47,956 bases of DNA, from assembly GCA_002633005.1 (NCBI GenBank), contig NMRA01000288.1, forward strand, positions 23,776-71,731, written 5' to 3'. The position numbers were made by a program, and so were the translations under genes. Shown one piece after another: positions 10,676 through 21,546 of the stretch; the stretch's first letter is position 1; the number at the start of each line of letters is the position of its first letter. The notes under the pieces were generated by a model, which was given only the letters and a program-made list of their open reading frames with translations, was not told the DNA's origin and did no database searches. The stretch is from Phoronis australis. Its lineage: Eukaryota; Animalia; Phoronida.

Positions 10676-11348
10676 NNNNNNNNNNNNNNNNNNNNNNNNN
10701 NNNNNNNNNNNNNNNNNNNNNNNNNNNNNNNNNNNNNNNNNNNNNNNNNNNNNNNNNNNNNNNNNNNNNNNNNNNNNNNNNNNNNNNNNNNNNNNNNNNN
10801 NNNNNNNNNNNNNNNNNNNNNNNNNNNNNNNNNNNNNNNNNNNNNNNNNNNNNNNNNNNNNNNNNNNNNNNNNNNNNNNNNNNNNNNNNNNNNNNNNNNN
10901 NNNNNNNNNNNNNNNNNNNNNNNNNNNNNNNNNNNNNNNNNNNNNNNNNNNNNNNNNNNNNNNNNNNNNNNNNNNNNNNNNNNNNNNNNNNNNNNNNNNN
11001 NNNNNNNNNNNNNNNNNNNNNNNNNNNNNNNNNNNNNNNNNNNNNNNNNNNNNNNNNNNNNNNNNNNNNNNNNNNNNNNNNNNNNNNNNNNNNNNNNNNN
11101 NNNNNNNNNNNNNNNNNNNNNNNNNNNNNNNNNNNNNNNNNNNNNNNNNNNNNNNNNNNNNNNNNNNNNNNNNNNNNNNNNNNNNNNNNNNNNNNNNNNN
11201 NNNNNNNNNNNNNNNNNNNNNNNNNNNNNNNNNNNNNNNNNNNNNNNNNNNNNNNNNNNNNNNNNNNNNNNNNNNNNNNNNNNNNNNNNNNNNNNNNNNN
11301 NNNNNNNNNNNNNNNNNNNNNNNNNNNNNNNNNNNNNNNNNNNNNNNN
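10676..11348. other. Assembly gap
   Basis: Run of N. Confidence 1.
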
Positions 11349-11819
11349 AAGAGAAAGTGGAACCGACACCCGGGATGGGGGGTGGGGAAAAAATGAAGAG
11401 AACGAACGTAGGTCTTGTAGATGACGAGGTAGGTGGCTGAATGAGAGACCACGTTGAACAGAACAAAGGAAATATGGGCGACCAATCAGGAGTCGCGTAG
11501 AGAAACGTATGAATACAAAAGTAGGCCCTAGAGGCTATAAATAGAGATGAGTAATGCAAAATAAACCCTAAGGACTGGTCTCAAAATAAAGAGACAAGTG
11601 TCAAAATAATGACGATAAATGAATTTAACAAGTTAAATTTAATTTCTATAAACTTGATAATGGATGACAAGTTCCAGACGTATCCGACCACAGTGCTGTT
11701 GCCACCAGTAGCCATTTACATTTTCTGAATAAGATTGTCAAAAGCTACGTAGCTCCAATAATTCTGTTATCAAGGAAGAATTCGATATGTTCTCTTGGAG
11801 ATCAATTCTTTTCGATAGC

Positions 11820-13037
11820 ACAGCAAACGGTGTGCTTCTATGGGACTGTTTTAGTATCATAATGGCCATTAGATGGCGCAGAGTGCGTCAAAACCATCCG
11901 AATTGAGGTGACGTCGTCTCTGTAAAACATATGTGTTTGCCAAATTTCATGAAAATTAGCCAAGGAACTCCTAAGGTATAGAAGCAAACGTAAAAAAACA
12001 ATTAAAGCTGGGAAGCACAGCTAGAGTGATTCCGATTGGTCTAAAGCCCATCGTTATCTGTTGCCATCTCTATAAAAGCTCATTTGCCAAATTTCGCAAA
12101 GATCCTTCAAAGGGATAAGGAAATACAGGCAAAAAGTGAAATTGCTCCAAGGGAGCACCAGAATAGCAAAAACACCCGAAAATCAACATCAGCCAGGATG
12201 TCCACATCAGGAACACAATTTTCACAATGGTTCTTTGAGTAGTTTGTCATATAAATAGACATTCGCCAAAAACATACTCGAAAATTTTAAATGGCCATCT
12301 ATTGGGCAGAAAACATGAAATCTGTTCGAAAATGGGAAAGCGTTGTGGTCTTCTTAATAGAAACCCATATAAATAAACGTAAAAAAACAGTTGGCTACTA
12401 GGGGACACAGTGGTATCTGGATTAGTTACCGTTTGTCGACGGCTTCATAGGAATACATCATTTAAATTCCACAAAGTTCCTTTAAAGAGCAAAGGAGATT
12501 CGGCCGCAGAAGCAAAAAAACAAAATCGCCACTAAGAGTAGACACAGTAGTCGGACGTCAGTCGTGGTCTTCACATCAGCAACACATCTGTAAGTTTCTA
12601 TAATGATCCTTTGAGCAGGCGTGGCAGATAGAGAGGCGGACACCTGAAAACAAAAATAGCGAAAATATTCAAAAGGTGGCATAAAGTTCGTGGAATTCAC
12701 CCAAAAATGAGATGGCCAGTGAGATAAATATAGCTCATTGGGAATTGCATCATCGCCTCTGTATTAAAAACCAATTTAATGTCATGAAAATCTGTCGAGG
12801 CACTCCGAAGAGGCAAATGTAAAACAGTAAAATGGCCACTAGGGGGCTCAGCGGTATTCGGGTCGGTCCGAAACCCGTCATCTGTCATCAGCCATGCACA
12901 TAGGAATACGCCTGCTAGATTTCAATAAAATCCTGCAAGGGGTTCAGGAGATACAGCCGCGCACGCCCAGACGCACGGACGCCGGGCAGAAATGACGGCA
13001 GTATGCACCCACTGATAAACATGTGGGCGCATAAAAA
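11820..13037 (-). mobile_element. HINE-like tandem-array element, copy 2 (opposite orientation)
   Basis: Ends gtgggcgcataaaaa (reverse of the element start); plus-strand motifs ccattagatggcgc (~11866) and ccactagggggc (~12836). Confidence 0.65.
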
Positions 13038-13599
13038 ACAACAGAAGTCCTAGTTGTGATGGCTTTACAGTAGACGTTTTGTAATTCTTTTGACCATACC
13101 TGAACTTTTGCTGTTCCGGTCTTTATTAGAAGGTACCAACAAAGGATACTCATGTACAAAGCCAAAACAGGGTATTATCTCAACCCGTTTCCAAAAGAAG
13201 ATAAAGGCGAATAGAATTTGTTAAGAATTACCTACGAGACTTTGCTTGGTTATTATACAATGGATAAAAACTCTCCTCCTACCTCTTATGGGAGCCAATA
13301 AGGTCGAATGGAATGTAGATATATTGGGAAACATCAGAATTTTAATAGATGTTTTTCAATTTCTAGACTCTAATTTTATCCAAACTCCTCTTAACGTTTG
13401 AAAATGTTTTCGATTCGGTTTTCTGGTGTTCCATACTCAAGGCAATGTGGATCGCCTAAGTTCATTGACAGGCACATCACTCTCAATGTCTTGTCTTTTG
13501 TGTTTTCCGACATATTTACATTTTTCATTGTGAGAGTTGTCGTCAGGGAGACATTTTTGCTTACTTTTTGTATTATGTGTCGAAATATTAGGTAACTCA

Positions 13600-13795
13600 A
13601 GAGGGCACGATGAAGGTAATTGCAAAGAGCTCAGGTGGGCCTATTGCTCTGATAACCTAGAACCACATATTTAAAACATGGGTGAGGAACTCCATACCTG
13701 ACTAATGGGTCTAGCAGTGTGCCTCAGTGGGACGCGAACCCACGACCTTGAGTAAAGGAAACGGACACTATCCCACTAGGCCAAAATATACCGGT
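13600..13795 (-). mobile_element. tRNA-derived SINE head
   Basis: Minus-strand A box TGGCCTAGTGG and B box GGTTCGCGTCC at tRNA spacing; no intact cloverleaf. Confidence 0.55.
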
Positions 13796-14639
13796 GGCAT
13801 CACTAATCTTAGGACAGGTGTTTCTGAGTTTAAACTTGTCCAGTACTCCACGACACCCATTTAATTTCGCACGGTTCTGGAGTAGCCTGTTAGATCGCCC
13901 TTGAATTTAATGGACCAATTTAATTAATTTTCTGATTTGCAGACAAATGTGAAGAAAACAAAATGTGATTGGATTGCTTCAAAAAGACTCCGTTGAAAAA
14001 CTCCGTGTTAATAAAATTATGTTATGGAGGAATAATACCTTCATTTCTGTGGGAATTAACTTCTACGTTGGATATAATGCTATGCCATATCTTTACTATA
14101 GGCCTGGCGGCAAGCTTCTGGAAATTAAGAAATAACGGTGGTTCAAAAATTTCCTTTTTTAAGACTTTGAGAATCTCGTAGTTTATAGTAAAGTATTCAT
14201 AATACAGCCCGCACGTGGAATTAATGAAGTATTAATTTTGTGAGTTGTAGAGATCATCATTTTTTTAAATACGATGCTTTTTAAAAAATAACGGATGGAG
14301 CCGACAATCTGCTTTAAGGGAAGTTTTAAGCGATATTGTGCTTCCTCGTTCCATTGTGATACAAAAATGAACATATTGTTTCCCCCCTGAGGCATAATTT
14401 GAATATCAAAGTACTGATTAATAATAATAAATTTATTATAATCACACAAATGCAGAGAAATAAAAGAAAAACAGAGAAATACAAGACAAAATTAAAAGTA
14501 CAAGAGTAAGACACGGATAACAAACAGTCAAAGGCTTATTTCCATTATGCTTCGTAAAAAAGATGAGAAACCAAATGTAAACCAATAAAAGACAAAATAC
14601 AATCGACAGTAAATAAGCAAATCAGTTACTTAAGTCGGT

Positions 14640-14905
14640 AGAAAACTTATTTTTACAAAACCCGGTGTGAAAAGGATGCCAGCATCATGTGCTTGATGTA
14701 TTTAATAATACATGTTCTTCTATGACCTATCAAAAATTCTGTAGCAGGTATAATTTCAAACCTCTACTATTAGAATTTTATGGGATTAAAAAGCGAAACT
14801 TTTGGATCATGAAAGAATATACAGGACAATATTTTCTTAACAAATTTTCCGAGTTTAGTTTATTAAATTTAACATCAAAAATTGCAAGGGGTAAATATTT
14901 CTGAC
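14640..14905 (+). mobile_element. Degenerate L1/Tx1-type ORF2 C-terminal fragment
   Basis: LDVFNN...MTYQKFCSRYNFKPLLLEFYGI resembles the post-RT region of Tx1/L1 elements (pattern recognition only). Confidence 0.4.
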
Positions 14906-15160
14906 ATCTTAGTACAGTCGCTTTAGACAGCAGGGAAATAAAAAATAAGGGGTCATGTATTGTTTATTGTTTTATTTGATTTGACTAGAGAAAAATCAAT
15001 GTATTAGAAATATATTTTTTAGGTTTTCGTCTCTAGCTTCGGTGTTCTTTGACGGACTTTCATGAAATTTCACAAATAAATTCTGTTAAAAATACAATGG
15101 CATTTTCCCATAAAAATTGAAGTATTGTAAGCCACCCATAGTAGTCATTTCTATTATTTT

Positions 15161-15671
15161 NNNNNNNNNNNNNNNNNNNNNNNNNNNNNNNNNNNNNNNN
15201 NNNNNNNNNNNNNNNNNNNNNNNNNNNNNNNNNNNNNNNNNNNNNNNNNNNNNNNNNNNNNNNNNNNNNNNNNNNNNNNNNNNNNNNNNNNNNNNNNNNN
15301 NNNNNNNNNNNNNNNNNNNNNNNNNNNNNNNNNNNNNNNNNNNNNNNNNNNNNNNNNNNNNNNNNNNNNNNNNNNNNNNNNNNNNNNNNNNNNNNNNNNN
15401 NNNNNNNNNNNNNNNNNNNNNNNNNNNNNNNNNNNNNNNNNNNNNNNNNNNNNNNNNNNNNNNNNNNNNNNNNNNNNNNNNNNNNNNNNNNNNNNNNNNN
15501 NNNNNNNNNNNNNNNNNNNNNNNNNNNNNNNNNNNNNNNNNNNNNNNNNNNNNNNNNNNNNNNNNNNNNNNNNNNNNNNNNNNNNNNNNNNNNNNNNNNN
15601 NNNNNNNNNNNNNNNNNNNNNNNNNNNNNNNNNNNNNNNNNNNNNNNNNNNNNNNNNNNNNNNNNNNNNNN
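15161..15671. other. Assembly gap
   Basis: Run of N. Confidence 1.
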
Positions 15672-15684
15672 TCCCTCCCTCCGT

Positions 15685-15725
<41 letters not shown>
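15672..15725. repeat. (CCCT)n/(CT)n microsatellite at the gap edge
   Basis: Direct reading. Confidence 0.95.
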
Positions 15726-15730
<5 letters not shown>

Positions 15731-16943
15731 ATTATCTTTAATTATCTGTCCCCCTTAAAAATTTATTCTACACCAGAATGATCGGTTTTTGCCTCTGTTG
15801 AAACGCGTAGCACTTTATAGCTGACTATCGAAAGGAGGAAATAATACAACTCACAGTTACCCGCAAGTCCATCAAGGAATCACAAATCACATAGGTGAAA
15901 ACAAAAAAGGCCGGAGTCGACAGATCACCGAGAAAAAGGTTAAAGGCTTGAAAAGTTATAGTTCAAGGGTAAAAATCAACAAGGCAATTGAATCTTTGGA
16001 GTATCCTTAATTTTTCATCTCTTGTAACTTTAGTGAACAGCGAAGATTTTATTACATTAAATGATGAAATCAAAAGTTGGAGCGCGTTCAATCGTCATTG
16101 AAGAAATCCACAATGGTGAACAAAACAGTTAAATCGTGTACAAAAGACGGAACCACAACAGTTCCGGTACCAATTAGTATCTTCAACAAGACTATGCTTA
16201 TTACTTTCAGACTGATCGTTTGTCAAATGTAAAATATGTTACTGACACCTGTGTCTTTGATACATTAAACTCTCAGTAACATGCGATAGTTTGTAAGAAT
16301 CTGTCACGGAACAGTTTGTAAGAATTTGTCACGGTAGTGAAATGCAATGCTAAATTCCTAATAAAAATTCATAAATTTACACTCAGGTCGCACCCATCTC
16401 CTGATACTTCATGGTTCTAATTCCGGTGCTACATATCTTTTCGATACTCGTTTTTTTCAATGTATAAGCTATCAATTTCGTGTACTATAAATATCGGGTA
16501 AAGAACAGAGTATTGTAGCTCAATGTACGACAACGAAATCAAATGTATCTAAATTACACTAATTACATAAATTACTAGTCGCACCCTTTTGATGCTACAT
16601 GTTTCTTTGGGTGTAATATACCCAATTTCTACTTGTGTTTTCAATTTTTACTTATACATGGTATTTTGCATATTTCCGTTACGAAACAGGCTAATACGTT
16701 CTGAAGTAATAATAGAGTCAATGCTTTCCAAAATAGCTACTTTCCGGAAATCAGCAACGCTCTCACTTATTCCGCAATATTATACAATTATTGACTTTCA
16801 CCGAGATCAATGTGTTGGTTTTCAGACCTAAAATAGATAATGACAGAGGCGGAGTCAAGATGCGTATCCATTTTTCTGAGCTCGAGTTCATTGTAATTTA
16901 CATCACTCTACACTTCCGTAACTCTATATCTGATAACAACGAC

Positions 16944-17071
16944 TCATGCTTGTGACAGTGAGAATATTTCAAACTGGATCCCATCAGTATCTTCAAGTTT
17001 AGATAGGGGCGTTTCGGTGCCAACATTCTTCAAAAACAGAACGCCTTCTTCATCATGCGCCAGATAGAAAC
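16944..17071 (-). CDS. Gene B: terminal exon of a third IL-1-like paralog (upstream exons not found)
   Basis: Acceptor ctgtttttcgtcgcag|GT, phase 1, GFYLAHDEEGVLFLKNVGTETPLSKLEDTDGIQFEIFSLSQA*; clearly homologous to the gene A terminal exon. Confidence 0.85.
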
Positions 17072-18339
17072 CTGCGACGAAAAACAGACAAAGGCCAGTT
17101 CTATCAAAGGTTGTATAAGACCAGTCGTAGCTGAGACTGTCGAGGATTATTTTTGCAAACGTTACGTTACGTTCTTTTAGAAGAGCAAAATGATTCAAAT
17201 GACTTAAAGTTGATAATTTTCCACGATAACATTTCACGACCGCCTTCACGAGCCACGTTACTGTGTGCAAAGATGCGACTGTTTCAGCAAAGACCAGCCC
17301 AACGACCTTTGATTAGACAAGCGAAAGATCTACAGTAACGTACACACACAGAGGATGCCTTGCACACAGGACAGACGATTATGGTACGTCCTAGTGGAAA
17401 TAATACCTGAAGCTCGATTTTATACACCCCAAAAATTACGTATAAAATCGGATAAATATCCCAAATAAAAATCTATTCACAGCTCATGTGACACTAATAT
17501 GTAAATCTTGAACCGGCGTGGAAACACAGATAGCAAACATTTTTAAGTGCAAACCAGACTTTAGATGTTTGCAATTCATGTGGTGATAAATTCAGAATTG
17601 CTTCCACTCTGGGCTAGGTCCGGAATTTGCGGTGCAGGAACGTAAGAATTAAGGGGATAAATTCGAATTACATGTATATATAACTCCCATATAAGTATCA
17701 ACTAATTAGACTTTGCTAATTTTATGAAGTTAAAAATTCCCGAATATAAGCATAAATTCTGAAGTTTGACCATTCTGACCTATGATATACGAATGTCCCT
17801 AAAAACTTTGCATCGGCTGAATTCAAAACCAAAAAAATGGAACAGAGTTCACATCTTAACAACAAGATTCGGGAATACACTCAGTCCCAAGCTGTACTGT
17901 TGGAACGTTTAGTTTCAATCGCCACGAAGAATTTCAGCTCCAAATCGCATACAACGTTGATCCAATTTCAAGTGTCGGAACAAGGCTCAATCGTAACAAA
18001 ACTATGGCTAAGTGTAGGCTCTCCCCTGCGATATCCAGGCGACCGGCAGTGGCGCTGTGCACTACGACTCCGTTTCCGTCGTCTGCTTCACTGTGCAATG
18101 AAGAAAATTACTTCATTTTTTAAAGAAAATAGAATCTGATTGACGATGAAAAAACAGAAACTGCTGGTAAGATGTGAATTTTAATCGAAGCCTCAGTGAA
18201 TCACTCAGAAACTCATAATTATCTCTTTGTCAAACCTTAACTTAAGACGATTTCCAAAGCAATTGCGTCATTAGTCCCAACACAAAAACGGATTTGGTCT
18301 TTTGGGCAATTAAAGACTATTTTAAATACAACAAATTTG

Positions 18340-18425
18340 TTACGAACTGATTGCACAAAGTATAAAAAGTGTAATAAGCATTACAAAAAGAAGTAGGTTT
18401 CGCGCCCAAACGCTGTGGACCATAA
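18340..18425 (+). repeat. 86-bp direct repeat, copy 1 (copy 2 at 20789-20874)
   Basis: ttacgaactgattgc...cgctgtggaccataa is nearly identical in both places. Confidence 0.9.
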
Positions 18426-19115
18426 GAGCCATTCTCAATAAATCGCGACAATTCGACACCTGAGACACTCGATTTTCAAGTATCTTCATCTGGAGCTAAC
18501 GTATTATTTTTTCTTAGTTTAACGTATGAATGATAAGTTTTGAACAATTTCCTCAGATCAGCAAGTGCAGTTATAGAGTTATTTTGTTGTTTTATTAGAG
18601 CAACTGGATAATTTATTTGAAAACATAAAATACTTTTTTAAAACACGTCGTTTGTTTATTACTGTGTTTTATAAAAACAGGTGCCGTGGTGTTTGCACTT
18701 GTCTTAATTTTCATAAGTGACTATCGATCATTCAAAAACTGGTATCCAATATCCGGTGATGTGATGACTAAAAATCCTTAAGTGAATTTAAAGACGTCTC
18801 GTAAATGACACAACATGTCCCGTAAGTGAGGGGCAAGTGATATTGTGTTGGTGGAAATTATTTCTGACCACGCACGCTCATGGAAATACTTATTTACTGA
18901 CGGACTTCATGTCTACGATACGAGTGCTGAATCATGGCGGATCAAATCGCTTCTGGCATGTCAGCGATTGTGCAAGAACGAGCTGCCCAACAACAGTCGT
19001 GCATGTTAAGTCATCACTGATTGGTTTAAATTTGGAACGTTCTTAAGGTATTTTACAAGCGTAATTTACGGCGACATTTCCCCCATTTAATTTACGGGCG
19101 TAATTTTACAGCAAC

Positions 19116-19299
19116 TATGGTGGGCCGTTGAGGGGAAAGTGTCGCCGTAAAATTACGCTCGTAATTACGAGCGTAATTTTACGGCGAAACTTTTCCCCAT
19201 TTAATTTACGAGCGTAATTGTACGGCGACACTCCTGCAATTTAATTTACGCTCGTAATTACGAGTTACGGCGACTCTTTCCGCTCAACGGCCCACCATA
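19116..19299. mobile_element. MITE with 35-bp inverted ends and internal perfect palindrome
   Basis: tatggtgggccgttgaggggaaagtgtcgccgtaa vs ttacggcgactctttccgctcaacggcccaccata (2 mismatches); TA at both ends; 46-bp perfect palindrome at 19142-19187. Confidence 0.8.
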
Positions 19300-19339
19300 C
19301 GACCTTCATATTTACAAACACAATTGCCTTGCTTCACTT

Positions 19340-19540
19340 ATATATTGACTTCTTTGGTCTCAGATAACACTCTGTTGGTTTCTTGTCTTCCGACAGTTTG
19401 TACTTCTGTCAGTTCTGACACTGGTACGAAATAACCGTAACTCGTTCACTTTCTCTTCTAAGCCATTCGTCACCGAGTTGTGCCTTTTTACGGGCTCTCT
19501 AGACTATCCCTTCATCCGCTGAGACTTGGATTTTGGCATT
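19340..19540 (-). mobile_element. Frameshifted N-terminal fragment of a DNA-transposon-type protein
   Basis: MPKSKSQRMK / RARKKAQLGDEWLRRESERV / YFVPVSELTE across frameshifts; flanks contain repeated cgtaaatga and ttacggga motifs. Confidence 0.35.
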
Positions 19541-20788
19541 CCGCAACGCAAACCAAAGTGACAAACTCTAATTAATAGGTAATAAATAAAATAAAAGATG
19601 TCATTATTATTTTTGCAAGGTCAGCTGCATTAAGTTATGTATCGTCACAGATAATAATTTAATTACTACTTAAAAATGAAATGAATTTGAGTGAAAATAG
19701 AACAAATGACTTACGGGACACTGGATATCATTTACGTGACAATTTTTTACGAGAACTTATCAAGACCAACAATTCTAATCAAAGTATGTTTCACAGGAAG
19801 CATTTCGTCACTTCTTCTAGTACGTTAATAACGACCCCAATACATGAATTATAAAAGAGACATTACTGAAAACTTACCCAAAAGTTCTGTTGACTTCTTT
19901 AGCGAATATTTTCAGACACTATTGATGTCAGCTGAAGCGCACGTGCTCGTTCTTGAAAAATTGACCTATTCATGTCACACATGCCAATAGTAGGTGAAAT
20001 TAATTGGACTTGACCTAATTATAAAATTGTCGTCCCGTAAATGAAGGCTTGTAAAATGATAAGCAACCGATTTCAAATGCCAATTTTTTCATAAATGTTC
20101 GCCAAAAACTTTCAAAACTGTGCAAGGATTTCGCACATCACCATAGCTTTGTAGAGTTATTTTAGTTTCCACATCTTCGTTTTAATCAACGCACTATTGT
20201 TGAATTTATGCACGTCTCGTAAATGATTCCAAAAAAATTCCACTGCGCTTCTTGAAAAGCAGTGCCACACAGCCAATTTCAGATAAGGCAAAGGTTTAAA
20301 AAAATAATGCCATCGCCGTTTTTTGTGTATTACAAATTATTGATCGCGAATTCACTAAAATATCTCTTGAAACTTTTTTTTCAAGAAACACGCCAATGAG
20401 GTCTCGTAAATGATTTGAGATTTGGCTTCACTCAGTAAACATGGTGGTAATTAAAATTTATTTTTTGTTGATACAAAACGTTGACTTTCTCTTTAAATAT
20501 GTCTCGCTGAGTTTCCAAAACGCAATTATTCGTTTCGATTGGACAAGTTATTCTAACAAAAGATAGCCTGTTTCTACTTTGTCGTTTTTTCAGCTTCACG
20601 CAATTTTATGAAACCCTAGGCTACATGGCGCATTGTGACACCTACCATGTTAACTGTAGCCGGTCATAAGACACAGCACCCACGTTAGACATATTATTCT
20701 TTATTTTAAAGGTCTTTTGACATTGTTTCATGACTTCGGACATTCTCTGTGGTGAGCTGAACATTGGATTTAGCATTTTCGCGATTCA

Positions 20789-20874
20789 TTACGAACTGAT
20801 TGCAAAAAGTATAAAAACTGTAATAAGCATTACAAAAAGAAGTAGGTTTCGCGCGCAAACGCTGTGGACCATAA
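20789..20874 (+). repeat. 86-bp direct repeat, copy 2
   Basis: See 18340-18425. Confidence 0.9.
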
Positions 20875-20909
20875 ACAAGTAGGTCTCTTATCACCAAATT
20901 TTGGGTGAA

Positions 20910-20975
20910 GTCGTGGTGGTGTAGTGGTAAAGTACTCTCGCTCATTCCGCCAGGTCGTGAGTTCGAGACTGTGAT
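20910..20975 (+). mobile_element. tRNA-derived SINE head or tRNA pseudogene
   Basis: A box TGGTGTAGTGG and B box GAGTTCGAGAC; acceptor stem does not close. Confidence 0.5.
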
Positions 20976-21546
20976 AATTGTTGCTTCATGTTTGACACGT
21001 TCGCCATGCTCTTTTTTTTCTTTTTCTTTTTCTTTGCCTTTTTCCTTGGATGATACTTCAGGAATCAAGGAAAATGCTTGATTTTTTTGAGGAAAAAACA
21101 GAAAAATTTTCCTGGGTGGGAGGGGGAGCGAACCCCCCCTCCCTACCTCCCCCATTCGGTGCCATGCGCATCTAATCGTGCTTTGCACAAATGTTTTCAG
21201 ACAACATGTTGCCCCCCCAGTGATATCCTAGATCCGCCACTGTATCAGGAACATAACAGAATCTCCTTCCTTTAATTCTTACGCCCAGAGCATCCGGTGT
21301 GTTATAGTGTTTTGAGACTTTAGATAAACGAATCTATCAACGGAAACGATCAGATACTGTACACGGTCCTAACCAACTACTTCCTATGTCATCCACATAG
21401 GCCTACAGTTTACATAATTTGGTCTTCGCTTCAGTTTTTTCGGGAATATATAGCTGACAGTCGGTGAAACCGCCGGCCTGCACATTCTGCAACCATGTCT
21501 TACATATACTGAAACCCATTAGTTGGTTTGGAGAATGTTCAGTCTA

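Noticed and set aside
10443-11559. Long ORFs spanning the first N-gap (likewise 15086-15731)
   Set aside because: Artefacts of translating N runs.
17165-17262. Minus-strand MLSWKIINFKSFESFCSSK as the missing FES exon of gene B
   Set aside because: No Gly-splitting phase-1 donor, wrong spacing relative to the 109-nt exons, and poor similarity.
20910-20975. Functional tRNA gene
   Set aside because: A and B boxes are present, but the acceptor and anticodon stems do not pair.
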